From Bacteroidota bacterium (lineage in GTDB: Bacteria; Bacteroidota; Bacteroidia; UBA4408): a stretch of 64,000 nt of DNA. Where the stretch lies: NCBI GenBank assembly GCA_046297395.1, contig JBKCNM010000032.1, positions 36,312 through 100,311 of the forward strand, written 5' to 3'. Shown here piece after piece: positions 29,111-39,119 of this stretch. The first letter of the stretch is position 1. The number at the start of each line of letters is the position of its first letter. The notes under the pieces are model-generated. The model was given only the letters and a program-made list of their open reading frames with translations. It made no database searches and was not told the DNA's origin. Both the position numbers and the translations under genes were made by a program.

Positions 29111-30002
29111 ATGCAGTCTGTGAAGCTACTTTTTCTAAAAAGAGCTCAAAAATAAGGGTTTTGTTCGGTGGTACAATATTTCCTGCACTTCCTTTGCTAC
29201 CAAATGCGAGTGCAGGGTGTAATACAAACATGGAGCGCTCACCGCTTTTCATGGAATAGACAGCCATTTGCAGACCCTTCAGCAACTGATCGGGCGTTCC
29301 GGCCAGATACTCAAATGCATCATCATATTCATTGGAATCAAAAACAGTCCCATCGGTGAACATCCCCTTCCACTTGAGTATCACTTTTTCACCGGGCACA
29401 ACCTGTAATCCTTTTCCCTCATCTACTGTTTGTTTATAAATGCCCGGGTAAATCTCCTGTTCAGCCGATAGGTGACTCCTGACAATAAAATTGGCGAAAC
29501 CTGTATCAGCCTGATACTCATTTTCTACTGCTCCGGAGGTGGCATTCGCTGATTGAACATAAACGGGCTTTGCATTACTTATACTTATCGTACGCATATA
29601 AACATCAATCAAATCATCATCCGGCAAATCCATTCCACAAGAAAGACCTCCTGAATGAAAGAGGCTTCCTGCTTGCAATGTAAACACACTGCTATCTCCC
29701 GCCTGGTTGAACAGCAGCATTTTTCTCAGCGCAGATGTTGCAGGCAAAGAATCAAAAAAAACAGTATCAGCATAGGCTGCTCCGTTATAGCCCACAAGGA
29801 GAGGCAGTTCATACTTTTTTTTTGCGAAAGCTTTAACAACAAAATGGCAATACATCCCATGCAATGAGACCGGCCTGGAACCGGGCTCAATTCTCTTTGC
29901 AAAAAAATTTTTTCCCAGCATAGTGAATTCCTTTTCGGACTTACACCCCTGAGCGAAAACAAATAAAGAGGCAATCAAAAGAACCCACAGCGGGTTTTTC
30001 AT
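29103..30002 (-). CDS. FKBP-type peptidyl-prolyl isomerase lipoprotein
   Basis: Lipobox FAQGC. C-terminal FKBP domain (…ILKWKGMFTDGTVFDSN…). Confidence 0.8.
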   Translation of the reverse strand: MKNPLWVLLIASLFVFAQGCKSEKEFTMLGKNFFAKRIEPGSRPVSLHGMYCHFVVKAFAKKKYELPLLVGYNGAAYADTVFFDSLPATSALRKMLLFNQAGDSSVFTLQAGSLFHSGGLSCGMDLPDDDLIDVYMRTISISNAKPVYVQSANATSGAVENEYQADTGFANFIVRSHLSAEQEIYPGIYKQTVDEGKGLQVVPGEKVILKWKGMFTDGTVFDSNEYDDAFEYLAGTPDQLLKGLQMAVYSMKSGERSMFVLHPALAFGSKGSAGNIVPPNKTLIFELFLEKVASQTAYE

Positions 30003-31318
30003 CTGAACAACTTGATGATGTCGTTGAAATTTGCGTAAAGCATCAAACCTAAAAGAAGGACCATACCCACGGTTTGTGCATATTCCATGAATTTTTCTCC
30101 GGGCTTCCTTCTGAAAATGATTTCGTAAAGGAGAAACATCACATGCCCCCCATCCAGTGCAGGAATGGGAAGCAGATTCATAAAGGCCAGTGCAATAGAA
30201 AAAAATGCAGTAAGATTCCAGAACCTGAACCAGTCCCAGGTTGGAGCAAATACCTTTCCGAAGGTGATGAAACCACCCAGTGATTCATAACCTTTGATGC
30301 GGGAGTCGAAAAACAAATTAAACTGCTTAATATAATCACGCATGGTATGATAAGCCTTTACCGTGCCGGCAGGAAATGATGCAAAAAAGCCATATTCTTT
30401 TTTATCGAGATGTAAAAAGCGATCCGGTGTATGGTTGTAAACGCCCACTTTTCCATCCTCACCCACATGAATTGTCATTGATACTTCTTTTCCATTGCGC
30501 ATCACAATAACATTGAGTGGCTTTCCTGCATGTAATCTGGTTTGTTTCCTGAATACATCAAAGTATGCATCCCTGATGCCATTTACAGACAGCAGACTGT
30601 CTCCCTTGAGCAAACCTGCTTTTTGTGCAGGCGTTCCGGGTGGAACCTCAGCCACCACAAAAGGAATTCTTGGCAGGATAAAATCACTTTCCTTGTTCAT
30701 GAGAGATTTCATGATTTCAGGACTCACCGACACAAAAACTTTCTCCCCATTCCTGTTCAATTCAATTTTGTTGCTTTGATTGATGATGATATGAGGAAGG
30801 ATTTTTGAAAAATTGACAATCTCCTCCCCATCGATGGAAACAATTTTATCCCCATCCCTAAAGCCTGCACTCAGGGCAAGCGAATCGCAGCTTATTCCGT
30901 ATTTCAGACTTTTGGTTGGCAGGTATTCTTCTCCATAGAAAAACATGATCATGCTGTAGATCACAATTCCTACAAGGATATTCACTGTTACTCCACCAAT
31001 CATGATGATGAGTCGTTGCCAGGCCGGTTTTGAACGAAATTCCCAAGGTTGCGGAGGCTGTTTGAGTTGCTCCTTGTCAAGGGATTCATCAATCATTCCG
31101 GCAATTTTTACATAACCGCCCAGCGGCAACCATCCGATACCGTATTCCGTTTCGCCGCGTTTCTTTTTGAAGAGTGAAAACCAGGGATCAAAAAAGAGAT
31201 AAAATTTATCCACCCGTGTTTTGAACCATCTCGCAGGCAGGAAATGTCCGAGCTCATGCAAAATAATCAGCAGGGAAAGAGAAAGTATCAGTTGAAGGGC
31301 TTTGATGAGTATTTCCAT
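29999..31318 (-). CDS. rseP: RIP metalloprotease RseP (site-2 protease)
   Basis: HELGH zinc motif in TM1, PDZ domain, C-terminal LDGG motif. Confidence 0.9.
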   Translation of the reverse strand: MEILIKALQLILSLSLLIILHELGHFLPARWFKTRVDKFYLFFDPWFSLFKKKRGETEYGIGWLPLGGYVKIAGMIDESLDKEQLKQPPQPWEFRSKPAWQRLIIMIGGVTVNILVGIVIYSMIMFFYGEEYLPTKSLKYGISCDSLALSAGFRDGDKIVSIDGEEIVNFSKILPHIIINQSNKIELNRNGEKVFVSVSPEIMKSLMNKESDFILPRIPFVVAEVPPGTPAQKAGLLKGDSLLSVNGIRDAYFDVFRKQTRLHAGKPLNVIVMRNGKEVSMTIHVGEDGKVGVYNHTPDRFLHLDKKEYGFFASFPAGTVKAYHTMRDYIKQFNLFFDSRIKGYESLGGFITFGKVFAPTWDWFRFWNLTAFFSIALAFMNLLPIPALDGGHVMFLLYEIIFRRKPGEKFMEYAQTVGMVLLLGLMLYANFNDIIKLFR

Positions 31319-31322
31319 TTGA

Positions 31323-32477
31323 TTAATGTTTTATTTGCCCTGCCAGTTTACGGGTCTCGCGGTCGGTTTCAAGCAGAGCGTCCAGCGAGGGCTCGGCAAG
31401 ATAAGGGATATTCTCCATGCAGCGCTCAATGAGGTTGCTCATCTCGGTAAATCCAATCTTTCCTTCTAAAAATTTGGCCACGGCAATCTCATTGGCCGCA
31501 TTGAGAACACAGGGCATGTTGCCTCCTCTCTCCAGTGCCTCGAAAGCAAGCGCCAGGTTTCTGAATGTTTTTATGTCAGGAGATTCAAAACTCAGGGTTG
31601 GATAACGGAGAAAATCGAAGCGGGGAAATGCATTCGTCATCCGCTCCGGATAATGCAATGCATAATGAATGGGAAGCTTCATGTCCGGCAATCCCAGCTG
31701 TGCTTTGATTGAGCCGTCGCCAAACTGCACCATTGAGTGGATGATTGATTGGGGATGAACGAGCACTTCTATCCTTGAGGCCGAAACCCCGAAAAGCCAA
31801 TATGCCTCAATCACCTCCAGTCCTTTGTTCATCAGACTTGCTGAGTCGATGGTGATTTTTGCACCCATTACCCAGTTGGGATGCTTGAGCGCCATTTGTG
31901 GAGTAACCGTCGACAAAAAGGCTTGGTCTTTGCCCCTGAATGGGCCGCCACTGGCAGTGAGCATAATTTTTTCAACCACCTGGCCACCTTCTCCTACAAG
32001 ACATTGGTAAATGGCAGAGTGCTCACTGTCTACAGGAATAATCTGAACACCTTTTTCTTGCGCAAGCTTGGTGATGAGACTACCCGCCACCACCAGAGTT
32101 TCCTTGTTGGCCAGCGCAATATTCTTACCGGATTCGATGGCAGCAATGGTTGGTAACAAACCTGCAAATCCCACCATGGCTGTGAGCACAATCTCTGCTT
32201 TAGACAAACGGATTTCTTGCTCCAGTTCTTCGCCGCTTGTTACCTTCATGCCGGTATTGTGGAGCAAATGGGACAGTTCCGGAAGACCTTCCCTGTTGCC
32301 CAGAATAACCACCCTGGGTTTGTACTTCAAGGCTTGACGGGCGAGCAAGTCCACATTTGAACCGGCGGCAAGCAAGTCAACTTCGAACCGTCCCGGATGT
32401 TCATCAACTACTTGAAGCGCCTGAGTACCAATGGATCCGGTTGAACCCAGTAGGCAAATTGTTTTTTTATTATTCAT
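31323..32477 (-). CDS. dxr: 1-deoxy-D-xylulose-5-phosphate reductoisomerase
   Basis: LGSTGSIG NADPH-binding motif and full-length Dxr similarity. ATG at 32477 overlaps the upstream stop (TGATG). Confidence 0.9.
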   Translation of the reverse strand: MNNKKTICLLGSTGSIGTQALQVVDEHPGRFEVDLLAAGSNVDLLARQALKYKPRVVILGNREGLPELSHLLHNTGMKVTSGEELEQEIRLSKAEIVLTAMVGFAGLLPTIAAIESGKNIALANKETLVVAGSLITKLAQEKGVQIIPVDSEHSAIYQCLVGEGGQVVEKIMLTASGGPFRGKDQAFLSTVTPQMALKHPNWVMGAKITIDSASLMNKGLEVIEAYWLFGVSASRIEVLVHPQSIIHSMVQFGDGSIKAQLGLPDMKLPIHYALHYPERMTNAFPRFDFLRYPTLSFESPDIKTFRNLALAFEALERGGNMPCVLNAANEIAVAKFLEGKIGFTEMSNLIERCMENIPYLAEPSLDALLETDRETRKLAGQIKH

Positions 32478-33343
32478 CAAAATCTCATGTATTCCTGAGG
32501 ATCCACGGCTATTCCCTGGTACCAAATTTCAAAATGCAGATGGGGGCCCGTACTTGTCTCTCCGGTGCTGCCAACGATGGCGATGGCCTCACCGGGCCCC
32601 ACTTTTTCTCCCTGCTGCCTGAGTAAAACTGAATTGTGTTTATATACTGACATCAGGTTGTTTTCGTGCTGCAGCTGTATCACATAACCATGGTCCATGG
32701 TCCATCCTGCAAATACAACCGTACCGCCGAGCGTGGCCTTCACTGCGTCGTCTTTCTGTGCCACAATGTCTACCCCAAAATGTCCTCCGCTCTGCCTGAA
32801 AGAGGCACTTACGAGACCATTGAGTGGAGGAAAAAAAAAGTAAGAGGCAATGCCTTCAATATTTCCTTTAAAACCTGATGCCAGTGAGTTCTTCTCACGC
32901 TGTTCAACATAAGTACGAAAAGCAGAATCGTTTGGGGAAGCGTCCACAGGCAAATCCCTGTATTTAAAATCCTTTGGTATGGGTTGGTCTTCTTTTACAG
33001 CAGCTTTTTTGCCGGCAATGATTTGTTCAAGATTGCCAATATAGAGTTCTCGTGAGCGTAATTTCTGATCCATGGAATCTGTTCGAATCACAAGTTGAAC
33101 AAGCTTTTTTCGCATGGTTACATCAGCATATCCGGGGATGTATTCCCTGAGGGGCGTAAACGCGATGATATAGGTAAGCAGAAAAATAAAGAACAAGGTC
33201 ACAGATCCTATGAAAACAAATAGGTTGAGAGGGGAAATGACGAAGGAGGCTTTTTCCTCAAACGAGGACTCGTCCATAACCACCAGCCGGTATGGATTTC
33301 TTAATTTTTCTCTCCACTCTTTGCGTGGTGATTTTCCCTCCAT
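32477..33343 (-). CDS. M23 family peptidoglycan DD-metalloendopeptidase, membrane anchored
   Basis: N-terminal TM anchor. C-terminal LytM domain with HxxxD…H.H motifs (GVDI…GPHLHFEIW). ATG at 33343 preferred over the TTG extension. Confidence 0.8.
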   Translation of the reverse strand: MEGKSPRKEWREKLRNPYRLVVMDESSFEEKASFVISPLNLFVFIGSVTLFFIFLLTYIIAFTPLREYIPGYADVTMRKKLVQLVIRTDSMDQKLRSRELYIGNLEQIIAGKKAAVKEDQPIPKDFKYRDLPVDASPNDSAFRTYVEQREKNSLASGFKGNIEGIASYFFFPPLNGLVSASFRQSGGHFGVDIVAQKDDAVKATLGGTVVFAGWTMDHGYVIQLQHENNLMSVYKHNSVLLRQQGEKVGPGEAIAIVGSTGETSTGPHLHFEIWYQGIAVDPQEYMRF

Positions 33344-33447
33344 GTTTGCACAAATATCGAAATAAGCATTCAAATTTGGTTTAAATGAAGCAGGCTTGTC
33401 AGCAAAAGACAATAATTTTGTCCATCCATCGTTTTGCGGGTTAGGCT

Positions 33448-36066
33448 TTGAAAAATCGTTTTATATACCGGTGTTTACTGACCATCATGCCGGTCGCCTT
33501 TCTGTTAGGGGCATGTTCTGTTAAAAAGAACACCCTTATTAGCCGCAATTTTCATCAACTTTCTACCCATTACAACGGCTGGTTCTACACCAACGAAATC
33601 ATCAATACAGCGGTGGAGAAAATGCAATCCTCACACAAGGACAATTACAATAAAATTCTTCCCCTCTATATATATGGAAGCATTGAGGACGGCAAAAGCA
33701 TGACTTCGGATATGGAAAAAGCCTTCAAGAAAATATCCACTTGTATCCAGCGTCATTCAATGTTAATCCGCGACCAGCAGTACAACCCATGGATATATGA
33801 TTCGTATATCCTTGTTGGAAAAACCCATTTCTACAAACACGATTACTTTGCCGGACTGGAGTCTTTTGAGTATGTATCTTCCAGAACCAAGGGGAAGCCT
33901 GTGCGTTATGAAGCCATGTTATGGATGCTCCGTACCTACAATGAAACCGGCCTTTTTTCGAGCAGCCAGGGACTCATTGACCTCATGGCGGAGCAAAAGA
34001 AAATTCCACGCAAATACCTTAAGGATTATTACGGATTGGTGGCAGATTACAACATTAAAATCCGAAATTATCCTCAGGCAGTGAAGGCGCTTGCCAAAAC
34101 CATTCCGCTCATGCGCCGCGGCAAGGAAAAGGCCAGGTTTTATTTTGTGCTCGCGCAACTTTACAGAAAAACGGGGCAGGCACAATTTGCGGCTACCTGC
34201 TACGGAAGAGCCATGAAAATGACACCCGACAACGAAATGCAATTTCAGGCGAAAATGAAACTTGCAGGCAGTGTGGCACCCGGTGGCAGCACCAAAGAGG
34301 TAAAAAAACTCCTTGCCCGCATGTTGAAAAGCGAGAAGTATAGCGATTTCAAGGACCAAATCTATTATGCTCTCTCTCAGGTGCACCATGCAGAAGCAAA
34401 TTTTGAAGAAGAAAAAACCGATCTGATGAACTCAGTAAAATACTCTCAAAAAAATAAAAATCAAAGGGGAATGTCTGCGCTGGCCCTCGCAAATTTGCTT
34501 TTTGAAACCGGAAATTATCCATTATCTGAAAACTATTACGACACAGCTATTGCGGCCTTACCCGCAGATTTTGAAGACATTGAACAGATTAAAAACAAGA
34601 AAGCAAATTTATCTGCGCTGGTAGGTCATATTCGAACCGCACAGACCCAGGACTCTCTGCTCAGACTTTCGGAGATGGGAGAAGAACAGAGAAATGTGTT
34701 CATCGACAAAATGATTGACAAACTCAAAAAGGAAGAAGAGCGGGCCATGCGGGAGCTCGAAGCCGGTCAAAATAACCAGAACGGAATATTTACGCCAACG
34801 GTGAGCAACAACAATCAACCAAGCGGCGCAACCTGGTATTTCTATAACCCTGCTGCCCTGAGCCTTGGCTTTACTGAGTTCATTAAAAAGTTCGGAAACC
34901 GAAAACTGGAAGACAATTGGAGGCGCAGCAACAAACCTGCCGTGGCAGATGAAAGCACACAACAAAACCCAGAAAAAGAAGGAGGCAAATCAGGCTCCAA
35001 TGCTTCCTCTGGAAGCAAAGACTCGACAATCACAACAAGCTCAGTAAAAACCCGCAAGGAATATCTTCAGGACATTCCTCTTACCCCTGAAAAAAAGAAA
35101 TCCTCCTCCAATTCTGTAAAAAATTCCCTGTTTAACATGGGTTTGATTTATCGTGAACAACTTGGTGACAACAGACATGCTGCTGAGGCATTTGAAAAAA
35201 TCATTAAAAAATTCCCGGGAGATTCCCTTGAATGCATCTGCTATTACTATCTCTTCAGAATTTATACCCAGCAAGGTGATGACAAAGAATCTGCCAAATA
35301 CAAGCAGCTCATTCTCGACAAATATGGACAAACAGAATATGCTGCGCTGATTAAAAATCCTGATTTTAATCTTGAGAAAAATGCCAAGCTGAATGCTTCG
35401 GATATTTATTACACAGAAACATTTGACCTGTTTAAAAATGAGCTTTATGACAGTTGTTACAAACGCTGCACGGTCGCCGATAGTCTTTTTCCAAAATCCG
35501 AAAATACCCCCAGATATGCCCTCTTGAAAGCCATGTGCAAAGGAAAGATAGGAGGTAAAGACGATATGATCCTGTCTTTAAAACAGGTGATGGCTGACTT
35601 TGGCTCTCATCCTGTAAAAAACAGGGCAGCCGAAATCATTGAACTTCTTGAGGGAGGCGCTAAGGATAAAAAAGATACCACTGCCAAAGAAATCTATCTA
35701 GATCCTACCAACTCAGCACAGCTCTTCCTGATGGTGATAAAAAATTCCTCAGGAGATCTTAACCACCTGAAAACAATCATATCTGAATTCAACGGAACCA
35801 ATTTTGGTTCATCCCAACTGAACACAGAAGACATGCTGCTGGGCAAGGAATACAAAGCAATTTCGGTAAAAGAATTCAAAGACATGGAAAAAGGCATGGT
35901 GTATTTCAACCAGATTAAAAACACCAAGGGCCTGACAGAAGGGATGAGCCCTGAAAACTTTATCATGCTGATGATTACTCCAGATAATTTGAGGATTTTG
36001 TTCAAGGAGAACAAGCCCCTCGAGTACAAAACTTTTTTTGAGAAAAAATACCCGAAAGGGATATAA
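33448..36066 (+). CDS. TPR-repeat lipoprotein, SprE/PorW-like (possible T9SS/gliding accessory)
   Basis: Lipoprotein signal peptide (…FLLGAC), N-terminal TPR repeats, central S/N/Q-rich low-complexity linker, 872 aa (SprE-sized). TTG start. Assignment to SprE/PorW is an inference. Confidence 0.7.
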   Translation: MKNRFIYRCLLTIMPVAFLLGACSVKKNTLISRNFHQLSTHYNGWFYTNEIINTAVEKMQSSHKDNYNKILPLYIYGSIEDGKSMTSDMEKAFKKISTCIQRHSMLIRDQQYNPWIYDSYILVGKTHFYKHDYFAGLESFEYVSSRTKGKPVRYEAMLWMLRTYNETGLFSSSQGLIDLMAEQKKIPRKYLKDYYGLVADYNIKIRNYPQAVKALAKTIPLMRRGKEKARFYFVLAQLYRKTGQAQFAATCYGRAMKMTPDNEMQFQAKMKLAGSVAPGGSTKEVKKLLARMLKSEKYSDFKDQIYYALSQVHHAEANFEEEKTDLMNSVKYSQKNKNQRGMSALALANLLFETGNYPLSENYYDTAIAALPADFEDIEQIKNKKANLSALVGHIRTAQTQDSLLRLSEMGEEQRNVFIDKMIDKLKKEEERAMRELEAGQNNQNGIFTPTVSNNNQPSGATWYFYNPAALSLGFTEFIKKFGNRKLEDNWRRSNKPAVADESTQQNPEKEGGKSGSNASSGSKDSTITTSSVKTRKEYLQDIPLTPEKKKSSSNSVKNSLFNMGLIYREQLGDNRHAAEAFEKIIKKFPGDSLECICYYYLFRIYTQQGDDKESAKYKQLILDKYGQTEYAALIKNPDFNLEKNAKLNASDIYYTETFDLFKNELYDSCYKRCTVADSLFPKSENTPRYALLKAMCKGKIGGKDDMILSLKQVMADFGSHPVKNRAAEIIELLEGGAKDKKDTTAKEIYLDPTNSAQLFLMVIKNSSGDLNHLKTIISEFNGTNFGSSQLNTEDMLLGKEYKAISVKEFKDMEKGMVYFNQIKNTKGLTEGMSPENFIMLMITPDNLRILFKENKPLEYKTFFEKKYPKGI

Positions 36067-36224
36067 AAAAGTGGGTAAGTACAATTTATCGCACCGCTCA
36101 ACCTCTTATCCTTGCTACATTCCTGTCCTGGGGAGTTTGGGAGGGAGCTGGTCGTAAACGACTTACCCGGCACAAAAATAGAAAACTTTTGTTGTCATGC
36201 AGTATTGTCTTGCATTACTTTGGT

Positions 36225-36761
36225 ATGTTTGCAAGTATGAAAGATGTGGGTTTATTCGCAAATTATGGCACGCTTGCCGGACTCCTGGCTTCATTGGTTT
36301 TTGTATTGATGTGCTTGGCAGGAATCAATCCTTTCGAAGGTGCCTCAATTGCCATCTCTGTCATTCCTGTAGCTTTTATCTATCAGGGAACACGCAAAGC
36401 AAGAGAGCGTGAGTCGCATGAGTTTTCATACGGAAAAGCATTTAAAGCCGGTTTGTACATTGCTTTTTTTTATGCTTCACTTTATGCTGTTCTCATCTAC
36501 ATTTATCTTCAATTTTACGGAGATGCCATTGTTGAGGAAACAAAAAACAGCACCCTCGATAAGCTGGAATTACTGGAAGGAAAGCTGGGATCATCGATGT
36601 ATGAAAAGGCAGTTGATGGAGTGGAAAAAATATCTGCCGGAAATCTTGCCCTTGGTCGTTACTGGAACAACCTCATCTGGGGTGTCATTGTTTCACTTGT
36701 CACCTCTGCCCTACTCAAAAAGAAAACAGATCCTTTTAGTCAAACAGAATCCGAAAATTGA
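36225..36761 (+). CDS. DUF4199 membrane protein
   Basis: Four TM helices with a conserved pattern. Characteristic Bacteroidota partner of the downstream GT2 gene. Confidence 0.7.
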   Translation: MFASMKDVGLFANYGTLAGLLASLVFVLMCLAGINPFEGASIAISVIPVAFIYQGTRKARERESHEFSYGKAFKAGLYIAFFYASLYAVLIYIYLQFYGDAIVEETKNSTLDKLELLEGKLGSSMYEKAVDGVEKISAGNLALGRYWNNLIWGVIVSLVTSALLKKKTDPFSQTESEN

Positions 36762-37729
36762 ACAACAATCCCGACATAAGCATAGTTATACCATTGCTGA
36801 ATGAGGCTGAATCCTTACCTGAACTCCATGCATGGATTGTAAAGGTGATGGAGCATCATGGTTTCACTTATGAAATCCTTTTTATTGATGATGGAAGTAC
36901 TGACCAATCATGGGCTATTATCTGTGCACTTGCAAAAAACAATGTGTACACCGGTGGATGCAAGTTTCAAAGAAACTATGGCAAATCTGCTGCACTGAAT
37001 ACCGGTTTTGGTATGGTAAAAGGAAAAGTAGTGATTACCATGGATGCAGATTTGCAAGATAGTCCTGAAGAAATTCCTGAACTCTACAACCTTATTCAGC
37101 TGGAAGGATATGACATAGTGAGTGGCTGGAAAAAAAAACGCTACGATCCTATCACAAAAACCCTACCCACCAAACTATTCAATTGGGCAACCCGAAAAAT
37201 AAGCGGCATAGAGCTGCATGATTTCAATTGTGGACTCAAAGCATATAAGCTACAAGTAGTAAAAAGTATTGAAGTTTATGGCGAGATGCACCGTTACATT
37301 CCAGTGATTGCCAAGTGGGCAGGGTTCAGAAAAATAGGCGAAAAAGCTGTTGCTCACCAAGCAAGGAAATACGGTACTACAAAGTTTGGTATTGAAAGGT
37401 TTGTCAATGGATTTTTGGACTTATTCAGCATTACCTTCATGTCGAAGTTCGGCAAAAGGCCCATGCACTTTTTTGGTTTTATTGGTACCATTGCTTTTTT
37501 AATTGGATTCCTTATTTCCTTGCTACTTATCGGGGAGAAGATTTACTCACTCTTCGTACTCAAGTTTATCCCAAGAGATGTTACAGATCAACCACTTTTT
37601 TACCTTGCCCTAACAAGCATGATCATTGGCACACAACTTTTTCTTGCCGGCTTTCTGGGAGAACTGATTACCCGAAACTCTTCTATTCGAAATCAATACT
37701 TGCTTGCTGAAAAAATTGATATCAAATGA
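36758..37729 (+). CDS. glycosyltransferase family 2 (polyprenyl-phosphate sugar transferase, DPM1-like) with C-terminal TM helices
   Basis: ISIVIPLLNE…DDGSTD…DADLQD GT-A motifs. TTG start overlapping the DUF4199 stop. Confidence 0.85.
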   Translation: MNNNPDISIVIPLLNEAESLPELHAWIVKVMEHHGFTYEILFIDDGSTDQSWAIICALAKNNVYTGGCKFQRNYGKSAALNTGFGMVKGKVVITMDADLQDSPEEIPELYNLIQLEGYDIVSGWKKKRYDPITKTLPTKLFNWATRKISGIELHDFNCGLKAYKLQVVKSIEVYGEMHRYIPVIAKWAGFRKIGEKAVAHQARKYGTTKFGIERFVNGFLDLFSITFMSKFGKRPMHFFGFIGTIAFLIGFLISLLLIGEKIYSLFVLKFIPRDVTDQPLFYLALTSMIIGTQLFLAGFLGELITRNSSIRNQYLLAEKIDIK

Positions 37730-38328
37730 TGAAAATCATCTGTGTAGGGCGAAACTATAGCGATCATATCAAGGAATTGAAGAATGAAAAGCCGGATAAA
37801 CCGGTGATATTTTGCAAGCCGGAATCTGTTCTTCTTCAATCACCTGCTGAATTTGTATTGCCCGCATGGGATAGTAAAATCCACTACGAATGCGAACTTG
37901 TTTTGCGTATTGGAAAAGATGGCAAACATATTCCTGAGCAGGCAGGGAATGATTGGATAGATGGCATTGGACTTGGGATTGATTTTACTGCCAGAGATTT
38001 ACAGGAAAAACTAAAAAACAAAGGGCTGCCATGGGAAAGGGCAAAGTCTTTCGATGGCTCTGCCATCTTGGGAGAGATAAAACCATATAAAGCCGGATCT
38101 TATCAGTTTTTCATGAAGTTAAACGACCTTGTTGTGCAAAACGGAAATACTGAGCAAATGCTCTTCAGTTTCTCAGAAATTATTGCAGATATTTCATCCT
38201 GGATGAGTCTCAGCAAAGGTGATTTGATTTTTACCGGCACGCCTGCAGGTGTGGGTCCGGTGACAAAAGGTGATGTTTTAAAAGGGTACTTGGATGATCA
38301 GGAGAATTTTGTTTGCCATATCAAATAG
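37726..38328 (+). CDS. fumarylacetoacetate hydrolase (FAH) family protein
   Basis: …IICVGRNYSDH…HYECEL… motifs of the FAH family. ATGA overlap with the GT2 stop. Confidence 0.85.
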   Translation: MMKIICVGRNYSDHIKELKNEKPDKPVIFCKPESVLLQSPAEFVLPAWDSKIHYECELVLRIGKDGKHIPEQAGNDWIDGIGLGIDFTARDLQEKLKNKGLPWERAKSFDGSAILGEIKPYKAGSYQFFMKLNDLVVQNGNTEQMLFSFSEIIADISSWMSLSKGDLIFTGTPAGVGPVTKGDVLKGYLDDQENFVCHIK

Positions 38329-38338
38329 CCAAAGCTAA

Positions 38339-39001
38339 CTACACAATTTTTCCATCTTTTAGCATGATGGTTCTTTGCGTCATGGCTGCAATGTCTTTCT
38401 CGTGCGTAACTATCACAACTGTTTTTCCCTGATTATGCACCTGCTTCAATAAGTCCATCACTTCGTAGGAGGTCGTTGTATCAAGCGCTCCGGTGGGTTC
38501 ATCTGCGAGAATAAGTTTAGGATTCGAAATCAGCGCCCTTGCAATGGCGACTCTTTGTTTCTGCCCGCCACTTAATTCAGAAGGCAGGTGATTTGCCCAA
38601 TCTTTCAATCCAAGTTTGTCGAGTAACTCCATGGCAGTAAGATTTCTTTTTTTTCGGCTGACGCCACGGTAATACAGCGGAAGAGCAACATTTTCCTGTG
38701 CGGTTTTAAAATTCACCAAATTAAACGACTGAAAAACAAAGCCTATCAATTCGTTCCTGAGTTTGGCTGCTTTTGTCTCCGTTAAATCTTTCATGGCTTT
38801 TCCGTGGAGCAGATAATGACCCTGGTCATGAAAGTCCAACAAACCCAAAATATTCAGGAGGGTAGATTTACCTGAACCGCTGGAACCCATAATGGAAACC
38901 ATTTCCCCTTCTTGAATATGCAAGTCAATACCCTTGAGTACTTCCAAGGAATGATCTCCCGTGAAATAACTTTTTCGTATGCCCTCCAACTTTACCACCA
39001 T
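38339..39001 (-). CDS. ABC transporter ATP-binding protein (LolD/MacB-type)
   Basis: Walker [25 protein letters not shown], Walker B LILADEPT. Confidence 0.85.
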   Translation of the reverse strand: MVVKLEGIRKSYFTGDHSLEVLKGIDLHIQEGEMVSIMGSSGSGKSTLLNILGLLDFHDQGHYLLHGKAMKDLTETKAAKLRNELIGFVFQSFNLVNFKTAQENVALPLYYRGVSRKKRNLTAMELLDKLGLKDWANHLPSELSGGQKQRVAIARALISNPKLILADEPTGALDTTTSYEVMDLLKQVHNQGKTVVIVTHEKDIAAMTQRTIMLKDGKIV

Positions 39002-39104
39002 GCAAATAAAGGGCATTCAGGCCATCGATTCTTTAAAAATTTGTGACATTATGTAAAAAGCCGGGTAAAAGTTGGGAGGGTTTTATGATATAAGCCCATT
39101 TTCC

Positions 39105-39112
39105 TATATTTG
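39105..39112 (+). promoter_or_regulatory. Bacteroidota-type -7 promoter element TATATTTG for tRNA-Ser
   Basis: Matches TAnnTTTG, 7 nt upstream of the tRNA 5' end. T-rich -33-like stretch ~20 bp further upstream. Confidence 0.5.
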
Positions 39113-39119
39113 CGCGTCC

